Shown here one piece after another: positions 9,354 to 18,885 of a DNA stretch of 64,000 nucleotides. Numbering within the stretch: the stretch's first letter is position 1; every line of letters begins with the position of its first letter. The stretch spans positions 4,064,001 through 4,128,000 of the forward strand of contig OY761158.1 in assembly GCA_963664405.1 (NCBI GenBank), written 5' to 3'. The notes below the pieces were generated by a model. The model was not told the DNA's origin. It ran no database searches and saw only the letters and a program-made list of their open reading frames with translations. A program made the position numbers and the translations under genes. The stretch comes from Thermoanaerobaculia bacterium. GTDB lineage: Bacteria > Acidobacteriota > Thermoanaerobaculia > Multivoradales > Multivoraceae.

Positions 9354-11291
9354 ATGTCCGAGAGTGCAAAGCAGGTAGAGCTGGTTCTACCCGACGGCAA
9401 GGCCCTTGGTTTCCCTGAAGGGGTCACGCCTCTGGAGGTGGCGAGCGCCATCGGGCCTGGGCTCGCGCGCGCCGCGGTCGGTGCCGAGCTCGACGGGCAA
9501 GACGTCGATCTGCGCCAGCCCTTGGTCGCGGGCGGTTCTTTCCGCATCTTTACCCTGAAGAATCCGGAGGCTGGACGATTCATTCGCCACAGCGCCGAGC
9601 ACGTGATGGCCGACGCGGTGAAGCGGCTATGGCCGGACGTCGAGATCGACGTTGGTCGACAGGATCACGCCGAGAAATTTCAGTACGATTTTCGACGCGA
9701 CCAGCCGTTTACCCCCGAAGACCTCGAAGCCATCGAAGAAAAGATGGCCGAGATCCTCACCGAGGGCTCGAGCTTCGAGCGCATCGAGATCAGTCGAGAG
9801 GAGGCGGCGACTTTCTTTAGCGAGCGCAGCGAGAGCTTGAAAGTCGAGCGGCTCAAGGATATCCCGGAAGGCGACACCATCACTCTTTACCGTCACGGCG
9901 ATTTCTACGACCTTTGTCGAGGACCCCATGTCCAGGGTCTGGATCAGATTGGAGCCGTGAAACTCCTCGAGGCCTCTGGCGTCTACTGGCGAGGCGACGA
10001 AGCCAATGAGAGGTTGCAGCGTGTCTATGGCACGGCCTTCTCCACCCAAGGGGATCTCGAGGCCTACGAAGAGCAGTTGGAGCAGGCTGCGGCTCGGGAT
10101 CACCGTCGTCTGGGCCCGCAGCTCGATCTTTGGAGCTTCCACCCCAGCGCCCCCGCGAGCCCGTTCTTTCACCCGCGGGGAGCACAGATCTACAACCTGC
10201 TGGTGGACTACATTCGGGAGATCTACGATCGTGACGGCTATGGCGAGGTTCTCACCCCGCAGATTCTCGATGTCGATCTCTGGCATACCTCGGGGCACTA
10301 CGACAATTACCGCGATGTGATGTTCTTTACCGAGCTCGAAGATCGCCAGTTCGCGGTGAAACCGATGAACTGTCCTGGTGCCTGTCTGATCTACGGCACC
10401 CGCATACGCTCGTACCGCGATCTACCGATTCGCTACAGCGACTTTGGCAGACTGCATCGCGCCGAGCGCAGTGGTGTGATCACCGGCCTGACGCGGGTTC
10501 GCAGCTTCTGCCAGGACGACGCTCACATCTTCTGCACCGAAGCCGATGTAGAAGTCGAGGTGCTGGCTGTAGTTCGCACGATTCTCGAGATTTACGAGGT
10601 TTTCGGCTTCGGGGAAGTGACGATCGAGATCTCGACCCGACCGGAGAAGTCGATTGGTACGGAAGAGATGTGGGAGCGCGCCGAGGGCTCGCTCAAGGCC
10701 GCGCTGGAGCACAGCGGCATCGACTACCTGCTGAGCGAGGGAGACGGCGCTTTCTACGGTCCCAAGATCGATTTCCAGGTTAGGGATGCAGTGGGACGGT
10801 CGTGGCAGCTCGGTACTGTCCAGCTCGACTATCAGATGCCGGAGCGATTCGGGCTCGCCTACACCGACGCGGATGGTCAAGAGAAGCGCCCGGTATTGAT
10901 TCACCGAGCGATGCTCGGCTCACTCGAGCGATTCATCGGCATTCTCGTCGAGCACACCGGGGGAGCCTTGCCGGTATGGGTAGCGCCTCGCCAGGCCGTT
11001 GTGCTTCCGGTGTCGGAGAAGTTTGTCGATTACGGTGAAGAAGTCAGCCGCGAGCTTCGGGGTCTCGGACTCCGTGTCGAGGTGGATCGCCGTGATGAAA
11101 AGCTCGGATACAAGATCCGAGCAGCCCAGTTGCAAAAGGTCCCGTATATGTTGGTGGTCGGCGCAAGAGAGCAGGATGCGAGAACCGTTGCGCTACGGCT
11201 ACGCTCAGGAGAGGATCTGGGGTCGGTCGCGATCGCCGAAGTCGGCGAGAGGGTTGGCCGCATCGTTGCGAGTCGGAGCTTAGAATTGTGA
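9354..11291 (+). CDS. thrS: Threonine--tRNA ligase
   Basis: TGS domain, RHSAEHVMA, DLCRGPH, RDHRRLG, KPMNCPG, GAFYGPKID, HRAMLGSLERF. Confidence 0.98.
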   Translation: MSESAKQVELVLPDGKALGFPEGVTPLEVASAIGPGLARAAVGAELDGQDVDLRQPLVAGGSFRIFTLKNPEAGRFIRHSAEHVMADAVKRLWPDVEIDVGRQDHAEKFQYDFRRDQPFTPEDLEAIEEKMAEILTEGSSFERIEISREEAATFFSERSESLKVERLKDIPEGDTITLYRHGDFYDLCRGPHVQGLDQIGAVKLLEASGVYWRGDEANERLQRVYGTAFSTQGDLEAYEEQLEQAAARDHRRLGPQLDLWSFHPSAPASPFFHPRGAQIYNLLVDYIREIYDRDGYGEVLTPQILDVDLWHTSGHYDNYRDVMFFTELEDRQFAVKPMNCPGACLIYGTRIRSYRDLPIRYSDFGRLHRAERSGVITGLTRVRSFCQDDAHIFCTEADVEVEVLAVVRTILEIYEVFGFGEVTIEISTRPEKSIGTEEMWERAEGSLKAALEHSGIDYLLSEGDGAFYGPKIDFQVRDAVGRSWQLGTVQLDYQMPERFGLAYTDADGQEKRPVLIHRAMLGSLERFIGILVEHTGGALPVWVAPRQAVVLPVSEKFVDYGEEVSRELRGLGLRVEVDRRDEKLGYKIRAAQLQKVPYMLVVGAREQDARTVALRLRSGEDLGSVAIAEVGERVGRIVASRSLEL

Positions 11292-11350
11292 CAGCGATCA
11301 TTTCCTCAGCCTCGGTAGGCTAGGGTAGGATTGATTGAAAGGAGACTTTG

Positions 11351-11545
11351 GTGCCGAAGATCAAGACCCATCGGGGAGCCGCCAAGCGCTTCCGAAAGAC
11401 CGCTACGGGCAAGCTCCGCCGGGGGCACACCGGGGCCAGCCACATGTTCACCAAGAAGACGACGAAGAGGAAGAGGAATCTGCGCAAGCAGACACTGGTG
11501 GCAAAGGGCTTCGCTAAAGTCCTGAAGCAGTTCCTGCCTTCCTGA
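11351..11545 (+). CDS. rpmI: 50S ribosomal protein L35
   Basis: (M)[20 protein letters not shown]; GTG start after RBS GAAAGGAG. Confidence 0.97.
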   Translation: MPKIKTHRGAAKRFRKTATGKLRRGHTGASHMFTKKTTKRKRNLRKQTLVAKGFAKVLKQFLPS

Positions 11546-11645
11546 AGGCCGGCCCGTTCACGGAGCTCGAGGGGGAGAGAGCCTGTCCTCCTCAGCCTAG
11601 AAATCAAACAGGATCCCCGCGAGGGGAGAAAACGAGGTTCTTAGA

Positions 11646-12026
11646 ATGGCACGAGTAAAGCGCGGCCCACGCCGAGCGCAGCGGCGTAAGAAGATTCTCA
11701 AGCAGGCCAAGGGTTACTACCTGGCCAAGTCCAAGGCGCACAGGGTCGCCAAACTGGCGGTCCAGAAGTCCCTTTCCTACGCCTATCGCGATCGCCGGCA
11801 AAAGAAGCGGCAGTTCCGGCGTCTGTGGATCGTACGCATCAACGCCGGCGCCCGCCTGCACGGGCTCAGTTACAACCGTCTCATCTCGGGCCTCCGGCAG
11901 GCCGGCTGTGACCTCAATCGCAAGATGCTCGCAGACCTTGCGGTGCACGACGCTGCCGCATTCGGCGAGCTTGCGACCCTAGCCCAGCAGGCCCTCGAGG
12001 CAGGAGCAGCTTCGGCGGACTCCTGA
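11646..12026 (+). CDS. rplT: 50S ribosomal protein L20
   Basis: [40 protein letters not shown]. Confidence 0.98.
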   Translation: MARVKRGPRRAQRRKKILKQAKGYYLAKSKAHRVAKLAVQKSLSYAYRDRRQKKRQFRRLWIVRINAGARLHGLSYNRLISGLRQAGCDLNRKMLADLAVHDAAAFGELATLAQQALEAGAASADS

Positions 12027-13075
12027 TGAGTGCAGCAGCGGAAGAGCTCGCGGGTCTGCTGGAGCGCTTCCGGAGTGAGGTGGAGAGCGTGCGCTCTCGT
12101 CCTGCCTGGGAAGATCTGCGGATCCAGTGGTTAGGCCGCAAGCAGGGTATCGTGCGGGACCTGGAGGGCAAGCTTCGTGAGCTCCCTGGGCCTGAGAAGC
12201 GAGACTTCGGCAAAGGTCTGCACGACCTCCGTGGCGCCGTTGAAAAGACTCTCGAAGCCCTCGACCGGCGATTCACCGCCGAGGAGCGTGCCGCCGAGTT
12301 GGAGAGCGCTGGGGTAGACGTCACCCTTCCCGGACGGCGGGCTCCGATCGGCACACTGCACCCGATTACCATTGTGTACCGCGAGATCGAGCAGATCTTT
12401 CGACAGATGGGCTACAGCGTCGCCGAAGGACCCGAGATCGAAGACGACTTCCACAACTTCGAAGCATTGAACTTTCCCCTCGATCATCCCGCCCGCGACG
12501 AGCAGGACACTCTGTTTCTCAAGGACGGCAGGCTGTTGCGTACGCATACGTCCCCGATTCAGATTCGTACCCTACTCGCACGGAAACCGCCCATCCGTAT
12601 TCTCGGCTTCGGCCGCGTATACCGAAACGACAACACGCTGCGCCACTCGCCGATGTTTCACCAGGTCGAGGCCTTGGTCGTCGATAGAGGGATTACCTTC
12701 GCCCATCTCAAGGGTGCAATCGAGGCCTTCTTCCAACGGCTCTTCGACGCGGAAACCAGTGTTCGCTTGCGGCCGAGCTACTTCCCTTTTACCGAGCCCT
12801 CGGCCGAGGTCGACATCACCTGCCCCTTCTGCCGACCGCCCGACGGGGACCAGGAGAGCTGTGGCACCTGTTCAGGCACCGGCTGGATGGAGATCATGGG
12901 CTCGGGTATGGTTGACCCCAGAGTGCTGCGCAACTGCGGCGTGGATCCTGATGAGTACAGCGGATTCGCTTTCGGTGGGGGTATCGATCGGGTGGCGATG
13001 GCCCGCTACGGGCTGCCGAATATTCGAATGCTTTTCGAGAACGACGAGCGCCTGTTGCGCCAGATCCACCGCTGA
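12026..13075 (+). CDS. pheS: Phenylalanine--tRNA ligase alpha subunit
   Basis: GTLHPIT, NFEALNFPLDHPARDEQDT, LLRTHTSP, RPSYFPFTEPSAE. Confidence 0.98.
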   Translation: MSAAAEELAGLLERFRSEVESVRSRPAWEDLRIQWLGRKQGIVRDLEGKLRELPGPEKRDFGKGLHDLRGAVEKTLEALDRRFTAEERAAELESAGVDVTLPGRRAPIGTLHPITIVYREIEQIFRQMGYSVAEGPEIEDDFHNFEALNFPLDHPARDEQDTLFLKDGRLLRTHTSPIQIRTLLARKPPIRILGFGRVYRNDNTLRHSPMFHQVEALVVDRGITFAHLKGAIEAFFQRLFDAETSVRLRPSYFPFTEPSAEVDITCPFCRPPDGDQESCGTCSGTGWMEIMGSGMVDPRVLRNCGVDPDEYSGFAFGGGIDRVAMARYGLPNIRMLFENDERLLRQIHR

Positions 13076-15084
13076 TGCAGTTCTCCCGCGATTGGCTCGC
13101 CGAGTACGTCGACCTGCCGTCACAGCTCGAGGAGCTGACGACGAGGCTCACCTTTGCCGGCTTGAGCGTCGAGTACGCCGCCCCTTCGGGCGACGATGTT
13201 CTTCTGGAGATTGAAGTAACGCCGAACCGCCCCGACTGCATGAATCACTTCGGTCTCGCCCGCGAGATCGCTGTCCTCTTCGATACCGAGCTGCGGGCAC
13301 CGCGGGTGGAATGGAATGAGCGCGCGACCGAGGTCGAAAGCGTAGCGAGTGTAGTTGTCGAAGAGCCGTCACTGTGCCCTCGCTACTCGCTGGCGGTGAT
13401 CGATGGGGTCAGCGCCTCGCTCAGCCCCGATTGGTTGCAGCTTCGCCTCGAGGCGGTGGGCGTGCGCCCGATCAACAATGTCGTCGACGTCACAAATTTT
13501 GTGCTCTGGGAGCTGGGTCAGCCCCTACATGCCTTCGATCTCGACAAGCTTCGTGGACCTATCGTGGTCCGTCGCGCTCGAAAGGGTGAGCCGCTTCACA
13601 CTATCGATGGCGCCGAGCGTGAGCTCAGCGACAGGGATCTCGTGATTGCGGACGGGGAGCAAAGCATCGCGCTTGCCGGTGTGATGGGTGGCTTGGACAC
13701 CGAGGTAGGTCCCGAATGCACGCGCGTTCTGCTCGAGAGTGCCCACTTCGACCGCACCTCGGTGCGAAAGAGCTCGAAGCGCTATGGTCTTCACACCGAT
13801 GCCAGCCATCGCTTCGAACGCGGAACCGACCCCGGCGTATGCGTCGATGCGCTCGGACGAGCGGCGGCGATGATCGCCGAGATCGCCGGTGGTCGGGTGC
13901 TCGAAGGAGCTCTCGATGTCTTGGATAGTAGCTGCCTCGAGCGAACTGAGATCGCCTTCGAGCCTGCCCGGTTAGATGCCTTTTCCGGCACACCGATCGA
14001 CCGCCGCCGTGTGAAGCGTTGGTTCGGCGGCCTCGGAATCGAGATCGAGGAGGAGACCCCCGAGGTCTGGCGAGCCCGAGTCCCGAGCTGGCGACGTTTC
14101 GATCTCCAGCTGCCCGCCGATCTCTACGAAGAGGCGATGCGTATTTTCGGCTTTGACAATATCCCCGCGGCACTTCCGCTGTCGTTGGGCTCTGACGGTC
14201 CCGAGACCGCCGAGCAGCGCCGTCGCCGGCGGGTCCAGGATCACCTCGTGGGCCAGGGGTTTGCAGAAGCCATACAGCTGGTCTTCATCACCCCCGAGGA
14301 GGACCTGACTTTCCCCGTCTTGCGTCCCGAGATCGCGGCCGCAGAGCTCCAGAACCCGCTCTCCGAGCGCTACGCCGTACTTCGCCGCTCGATGGCACCC
14401 GGTCTCGTGCAGAGTGCGCGCTCGAATCAACGTCGGGGTGTCGGAGCGGTACGCCAATTCGAGATCGGCCATGTCTTTCTGGAACACGAGGAGGAGCATC
14501 TCGGAGTTGTCATCGGGGGTCGGGCGGGGAGTCCCTGGGACGGCGGCAGGGCGACCGACTTCTTCGATTTGAAGGGCGTCTTCGAGGGCCTGTTCGAAGT
14601 TTTCTCCATACGCCTCGAAGCGAGCGCGGCCGAGCTGCCTGGGATTCTCTCGGGAACCGGCGCCGAGCTGCGCACTTCGAGTGGCGAGTGGGTCGGCTAT
14701 TTCGGCCGCGTGCTCGGGGAGGACCCCTTTCCACTCTTCGTCGGCGAGCTCTCGTGTGCGGTGTTAGATGGCGCGCTTGGCGTGGCGACAGTAGAGGTTC
14801 CTTCGCGTTTCCCTGGTGTCAGCGCCGACCTGACGCTGACCCACTCGATCTCGGTGCCTTTCGTCGAACTCGCTGAGACGGTCGATGCTGCCGCACCGCC
14901 AGACTTGGTGGAATTCCATCTCAAGGACCGCTATTTGGGCCAAGGCGTACCTGAGGGCGCCGTCAACACGACGATCTCATTCCACTACAATGCCCCTGAG
15001 CGCTCACTCTCCCAGGAGGAGATCAACCACCGGCAGACGAAATTGGCTGAGCTGCTCGAGAGCCGCCATGGTTGGCCGGGTTAG
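13075..15084 (+). CDS. pheT: Phenylalanine--tRNA ligase beta subunit (short form, apparently without the B2 OB domain)
   Basis: EVTPNRPDC, INNVVDVTNFVLWELGQPLHAFD, TDASHRFERG, C-terminal FDX-ACB (SRFPGVSADL). Confidence 0.96.
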   Translation: MQFSRDWLAEYVDLPSQLEELTTRLTFAGLSVEYAAPSGDDVLLEIEVTPNRPDCMNHFGLAREIAVLFDTELRAPRVEWNERATEVESVASVVVEEPSLCPRYSLAVIDGVSASLSPDWLQLRLEAVGVRPINNVVDVTNFVLWELGQPLHAFDLDKLRGPIVVRRARKGEPLHTIDGAERELSDRDLVIADGEQSIALAGVMGGLDTEVGPECTRVLLESAHFDRTSVRKSSKRYGLHTDASHRFERGTDPGVCVDALGRAAAMIAEIAGGRVLEGALDVLDSSCLERTEIAFEPARLDAFSGTPIDRRRVKRWFGGLGIEIEEETPEVWRARVPSWRRFDLQLPADLYEEAMRIFGFDNIPAALPLSLGSDGPETAEQRRRRRVQDHLVGQGFAEAIQLVFITPEEDLTFPVLRPEIAAAELQNPLSERYAVLRRSMAPGLVQSARSNQRRGVGAVRQFEIGHVFLEHEEEHLGVVIGGRAGSPWDGGRATDFFDLKGVFEGLFEVFSIRLEASAAELPGILSGTGAELRTSSGEWVGYFGRVLGEDPFPLFVGELSCAVLDGALGVATVEVPSRFPGVSADLTLTHSISVPFVELAETVDAAAPPDLVEFHLKDRYLGQGVPEGAVNTTISFHYNAPERSLSQEEINHRQTKLAELLESRHGWPG

Positions 15085-15094
15085 AGGAGGGAAG

Positions 15095-15325
15095 ATGTCG
15101 GACGTTCCCGACTGGTCCGGTCTCGAAAAGGCGGCGAAGGCGGTTCGTGAGCGAGCCGAGAAGCTCGCAAAAGAGAATCGTGCGCTACGACGTAGTCTCA
15201 AGAAGGCCGAAAAGGAGCTCGAGAGGGCGCGGACGGCTCGGGCTCCGGACGCCGAGCGCGCCGGCGAGGTTGAAGCGCGCCTGGAGCGCCTCGCCGGGGA
15301 AGTAGAGAGGCTCCTAGAGGCCTAG
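15095..15325 (+). CDS. Small coiled-coil protein (ZapB-like position)
   Basis: RBS GAGGAGG, 76-aa heptad-rich helix, located between pheT and zapA. Confidence 0.7.
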   Translation: MSDVPDWSGLEKAAKAVRERAEKLAKENRALRRSLKKAEKELERARTARAPDAERAGEVEARLERLAGEVERLLEA

Positions 15326-15405
15326 GAGGTCGTCCCTGGGCGACCTGCGGGTCCCGAGCCCTATGCTATAGTCGACTCCGTTTCGAGCCCCATGAGGGGC
15401 TGGAA

Positions 15406-15705
15406 ATGTTTGTGATGGCACGAAAGAGTACGACCACGGTGGAGGTAGAAATCTTCGGAGCTACCTACCACGTGAGAGGCGACAACGACGGAACGTATCT
15501 CGAAGAGCTGGCGTCCCTCGTGGACGGAAAGATGCAAGAGATAGCAGCGCATCTGGGCACCTCGGATCGGACCAAGATTGCCATTCTTGCCGCTCTGAAC
15601 ATTGCCGATGAACTGGTTCAGTCAGGATCTGATCTATCGGCAGAGAGGGAGACGGCAGTCACGAAGGTAGCGGAACTTACCGGCGAATTAAGCCAGGCCT
15701 TGTGA
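15406..15705 (+). CDS. zapA: Cell division protein ZapA
   Basis: VEVEIFGATYHV..YLEELASLVDGKMQEI..KIAILAALNIADEL. Confidence 0.93.
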   Translation: MFVMARKSTTTVEVEIFGATYHVRGDNDGTYLEELASLVDGKMQEIAAHLGTSDRTKIAILAALNIADELVQSGSDLSAERETAVTKVAELTGELSQAL

Positions 15706-15753
15706 GGTCGAACGCGGTGCTCTGAGCTCCGCCGACCACGGAAACGGTAGTTT

Positions 15754-15942
15754 GCATTCCCTGTGCGGTTGGTGATGAATCAGCCTTTTTGTAGAACCAA
15801 CATTATTACTAAGGGAGTTCTTCACCCGCGCGGTCCGTGCCAGCCCCGCTTGAACGGGGACGCTAACGACTCGTGGAGAGGACACCCACCTACTGCGCGT
15901 TCGGTTCTAACGCGGGGGTTCACACGGCCCCGCGGGGAATGC
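15754..15942 (+). ncRNA. ssrS: 6S RNA
   Basis: About 190 nt with closing stem GCATTCCCTGTG/CGCGGGGAATGC and an A-rich internal bubble (AACCAACATTATTACTAA); canonical zapA-ssrS-rny synteny. Confidence 0.85.
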
Positions 15943-16049
15943 GGCTTTTTCGCCTCGGGTTCCTGCCTCAGCTACTCGATCGTGCCCTCTACCTGACACG
16001 GTGAGCTCGTCCCGATTCTGGGACGGGCGGTCGTGAGCGAGGTGAGGGA

Positions 16050-17609
16050 GTGAATCAGATCATTGCAGGAGCGATCTTGGGCGCAGGGGTCCTCGCGCCG
16101 TTGGTGTGGCTGGTCTTCGCTCGGCGTGCAGCCGCGAGGACAGTCGTCGACGCCGACCGGCACGCCGCTCGTCGTTTGGAGGAGGCGGATCGTCAGGTGA
16201 CGGCCAAATTGCGCGAGGCGGAGCTTGCGGCCAAAGAGAAGCTGCTAGAGGCTCGCAGCGAGTTCGAGAAAGTTGCCGGCAAGCAACGTGGTGAGCTCGA
16301 CAAGCAGGAGCGCAAGATCGCGCAGAGAGACGACGACCAGTCCCGCCGGCAGAGCTCACTCGATCGGCGAGAGTCGGAGCTGCAGAAGAATGAGTCACGG
16401 GTCGCCGACGCCGAGGAGCGGGTTCGCAAACAAGATCAGGAGCTCGAGGCTCTGCTCGGGGAGGAGCAAGTGCGTCTCGAGCAGGTAGGTGGCTTGACCG
16501 CGCAGCAGGCCAAGGAAGAGTTGATGCGGGTGATGGAGAGAGATGCCCGAGTCGAAGCCGCGCACCTGGTGAAGAGGATCGAGGACGAGGCTCGGGAGCA
16601 TGGTCAGCGCGAGGCACAGCGAGTGATCGCGATGGCAATCGAACGTTCCGCAGCAGACTATGTCAACGAGACAACGGTGTCGGTCGTCAATCTGCCCTCG
16701 GACGAGATGAAGGGTCGGATCATCGGTCGCGAGGGACGCAACATTCGTGCTCTGGAGATGGCCACCGGTGTCGACCTCATCGTCGACGACACTCCCGAGG
16801 CGGTCATCCTTTCCGGTTTCGATCCCTTTCGCCGAGAGATTGCGAGGGTCTCGTTGGAGCGTCTGATCAGCGATGGTCGGATCCACCCCGCTCGCATCGA
16901 GTCGGTGGTCGAGAAGGTCAAGGACGAGTTCGAAGGAATCATTCAGGAGGAGGGAAAGAAAGTACTTCTGACTCTGGATCTCGCGAACGTTCATCCCGAG
17001 TTGGTCAGGCTCCTCGGGCGGTTGCGCTATCGCACCTCCTACGGTCAGAACGTGTTGAGGCACAGCGAAGAGGTCGCATTTCTCGCTTCGTTGATGGCGG
17101 CCGAGCTCAAGGTCAACGCTCACGTTGCGAAGCGCGCTGGGCTGTTTCACGACATCGGTAAGGCGATGGATCGCGAGATGGATGGAACGCATCTTCACAT
17201 CGGTATCGATCTCTTGCGCAAATACGGCGAGACGGAAGAGGTCATTCATGCGATGGCCTGTCATCACGGCGATTTCGACCCCGAGACTGTCGAAGCCATT
17301 CTGGTCACGGCTTCCGATGCACTTTCCGCTGCTCGTCCCGGCGCTCGCCGCGAGATCCTAGAGACCTATGTCAAGCGGTTGAAGCAGCTGGAAGAGATCG
17401 CCTCAGACTTCAAGGGGGTCCAGAAGACCTTCGCGATTCAGGCCGGGAGAGAGGTACGTATCATCGTGGACGCAGCGAAGCTGAGTGACGAGGAGTCGAT
17501 CTGGCTGGCCAGGGATGTCGCACGGCGGGTCGAGGCGGAGCTGACCTATCCGGGCCAGATCAAAGTTACTGTGATCCGCGAGAAGCGGTCCATCGAGTAC
17601 GCCAGGTGA
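16050..17609 (+). CDS. rny: Ribonuclease Y
   Basis: N-terminal transmembrane helix, coiled coil, KH domain (MKGRIIGREGRNIR), HD domain (RTSYGQNVLRHS..FHDIGKA), SAARPGARRE. Confidence 0.97.
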   Translation: MNQIIAGAILGAGVLAPLVWLVFARRAAARTVVDADRHAARRLEEADRQVTAKLREAELAAKEKLLEARSEFEKVAGKQRGELDKQERKIAQRDDDQSRRQSSLDRRESELQKNESRVADAEERVRKQDQELEALLGEEQVRLEQVGGLTAQQAKEELMRVMERDARVEAAHLVKRIEDEAREHGQREAQRVIAMAIERSAADYVNETTVSVVNLPSDEMKGRIIGREGRNIRALEMATGVDLIVDDTPEAVILSGFDPFRREIARVSLERLISDGRIHPARIESVVEKVKDEFEGIIQEEGKKVLLTLDLANVHPELVRLLGRLRYRTSYGQNVLRHSEEVAFLASLMAAELKVNAHVAKRAGLFHDIGKAMDREMDGTHLHIGIDLLRKYGETEEVIHAMACHHGDFDPETVEAILVTASDALSAARPGARREILETYVKRLKQLEEIASDFKGVQKTFAIQAGREVRIIVDAAKLSDEESIWLARDVARRVEAELTYPGQIKVTVIREKRSIEYAR

Positions 17610-18388
17610 AGCTGCTCTTCGTCGGCGATGTGGTTGGCAAGCCAGGCCGACGGGCACTCCGGCACTTTCTGCCCGAGGTCGTCGATCGTCATCTGGTGGA
17701 CTATGTCGTAGTGAATATCGAGAATGCCGCCGGCGGTTTCGGTGTCACTCCTGACATCCTCACGGAGCTCGGTGAGCTGCCGGTGGATTGCTTCACCAGC
17801 GGCAATCACATCTGGGATAACAAGGCCGGTTTAGCTCTGCTGGACGAGAGGCCGGATCTCCTACGACCCGCCAACTACCCTTCGGCGAATCCAGGGCGAG
17901 GTCTCCACGTCGGTGAGACCGCGGCCGGGGTGGCGGTGGCTACGATCAATTTGGAGGGCCAGGTCTTTATGAAGTCCCTGCCCTCTCCTTTCGAGGCGGC
18001 GGATGAGCTGCTCGCCGAGATTGGCAAGGTCAAAGTGGTTCTCGTCGACTTCCATGCCGAAGCGACGAGCGAAAAGCAGGCGATGGCCTTCTATCTCGAC
18101 GGCCGGGTGTCGGCCGTCCTCGGCACTCATACCCACGTGCCGACGGCAGACGCTCGGGTACTTCCCGGCGGCACCGCTCTCATTACCGACGTTGGAATGA
18201 CGGGTCCCTACGAGTCGATCATCGGCATGCGCGCCGAGAAGGTGTTGCGCCGTTTTCTGCTACAGACTCCGGCTCCTTTCGAAGTCGCCAAGCGAGACGT
18301 ACGTCTCGCCGCCGCCCTGGTCACTATCGACGTGACAACGGGCCACGCGATGGCCGTCGAGCATCTCTTGTTGGAGATGCCGAGCTAA
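17606..18388 (+). CDS. ymdB: YmdB/TIGR00282 metallophosphoesterase
   Basis: GDVVGKPGR, NIENAAGGFG, TSGNHIWD, DFHAEATSEK, GTHTHVPTAD; follows rny. Confidence 0.93.
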   Translation: MKLLFVGDVVGKPGRRALRHFLPEVVDRHLVDYVVVNIENAAGGFGVTPDILTELGELPVDCFTSGNHIWDNKAGLALLDERPDLLRPANYPSANPGRGLHVGETAAGVAVATINLEGQVFMKSLPSPFEAADELLAEIGKVKVVLVDFHAEATSEKQAMAFYLDGRVSAVLGTHTHVPTADARVLPGGTALITDVGMTGPYESIIGMRAEKVLRRFLLQTPAPFEVAKRDVRLAAALVTIDVTTGHAMAVEHLLLEMPS

Positions 18389-18390
18389 GT

Positions 18391-18570
18391 CGTCCTCGGC
18401 GCCAATGTGCCGCAGCCGTAGGAAATGATAGCCATCATTTCCGTAGACGCGCCGTCCTCGGCGCCAATGTGCCACAGCCGTAGGAAATGATAGCCATCAT
18501 TTCCGTAGACGCGCCGTCCTCGGCGCCAATGTGCCACAGCCGTAGGAAATGATAGCCATCATTTCCGTAG
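18391..18570. repeat. Three tandem 62-bp REP-like units
   Basis: CGTCCTCGGCGCCAATGTGCC.CAGCCGTAGGAAATGATAGCCATCATTTCCGTAG starting at 18391, 18453 and 18515; no unique spacers. Confidence 0.95.
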
Positions 18571-18604
18571 GCTGGTGTAGGGTAGGTGGCGCAGGAGATC
18601 TCTA

Positions 18605-18859
18605 GTGCCCGTTGACCCCGATCTACTCGCCATCCTGGTGTGCCCGAAGACGAAGGCCAGTCTGGAGGTCGTCGAGCTTCCAGAAGACTGTCGGCAGAAG
18701 TTGATCGAGAAGTACCGGGAGCACTTTCCGGATGAGGAGCCGGTAGTGGCGGAGGGGCTGTACTGCGCCGAATCCCAGCTCGTCTATCCGATCGTTTCCG
18801 ACATCCCGATCATGCTGATCGACGAAGCCCTGCCCGCGGCGTCGGTCAGCTTGGGCTGA
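18605..18859 (+). CDS. Trm112/YcaR-family protein
   Basis: DPDLLAILVCPKTK..GLYC..VYPIVSDIPIMLIDEA. Confidence 0.88.
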   Translation: MPVDPDLLAILVCPKTKASLEVVELPEDCRQKLIEKYREHFPDEEPVVAEGLYCAESQLVYPIVSDIPIMLIDEALPAASVSLG

Positions 18860-18885
18860 TCCCGGCGCTCACGCCGGAGGGAACG

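Noticed and set aside
12026-15084. CxxC..CxxC insert in PheS and short PheT as novelties
   Set aside because: Both variants are known in many bacterial lineages.
18391-18570. CRISPR array
   Set aside because: The 62-bp units are near-identical along their whole length, with no unique spacers and no cas genes.
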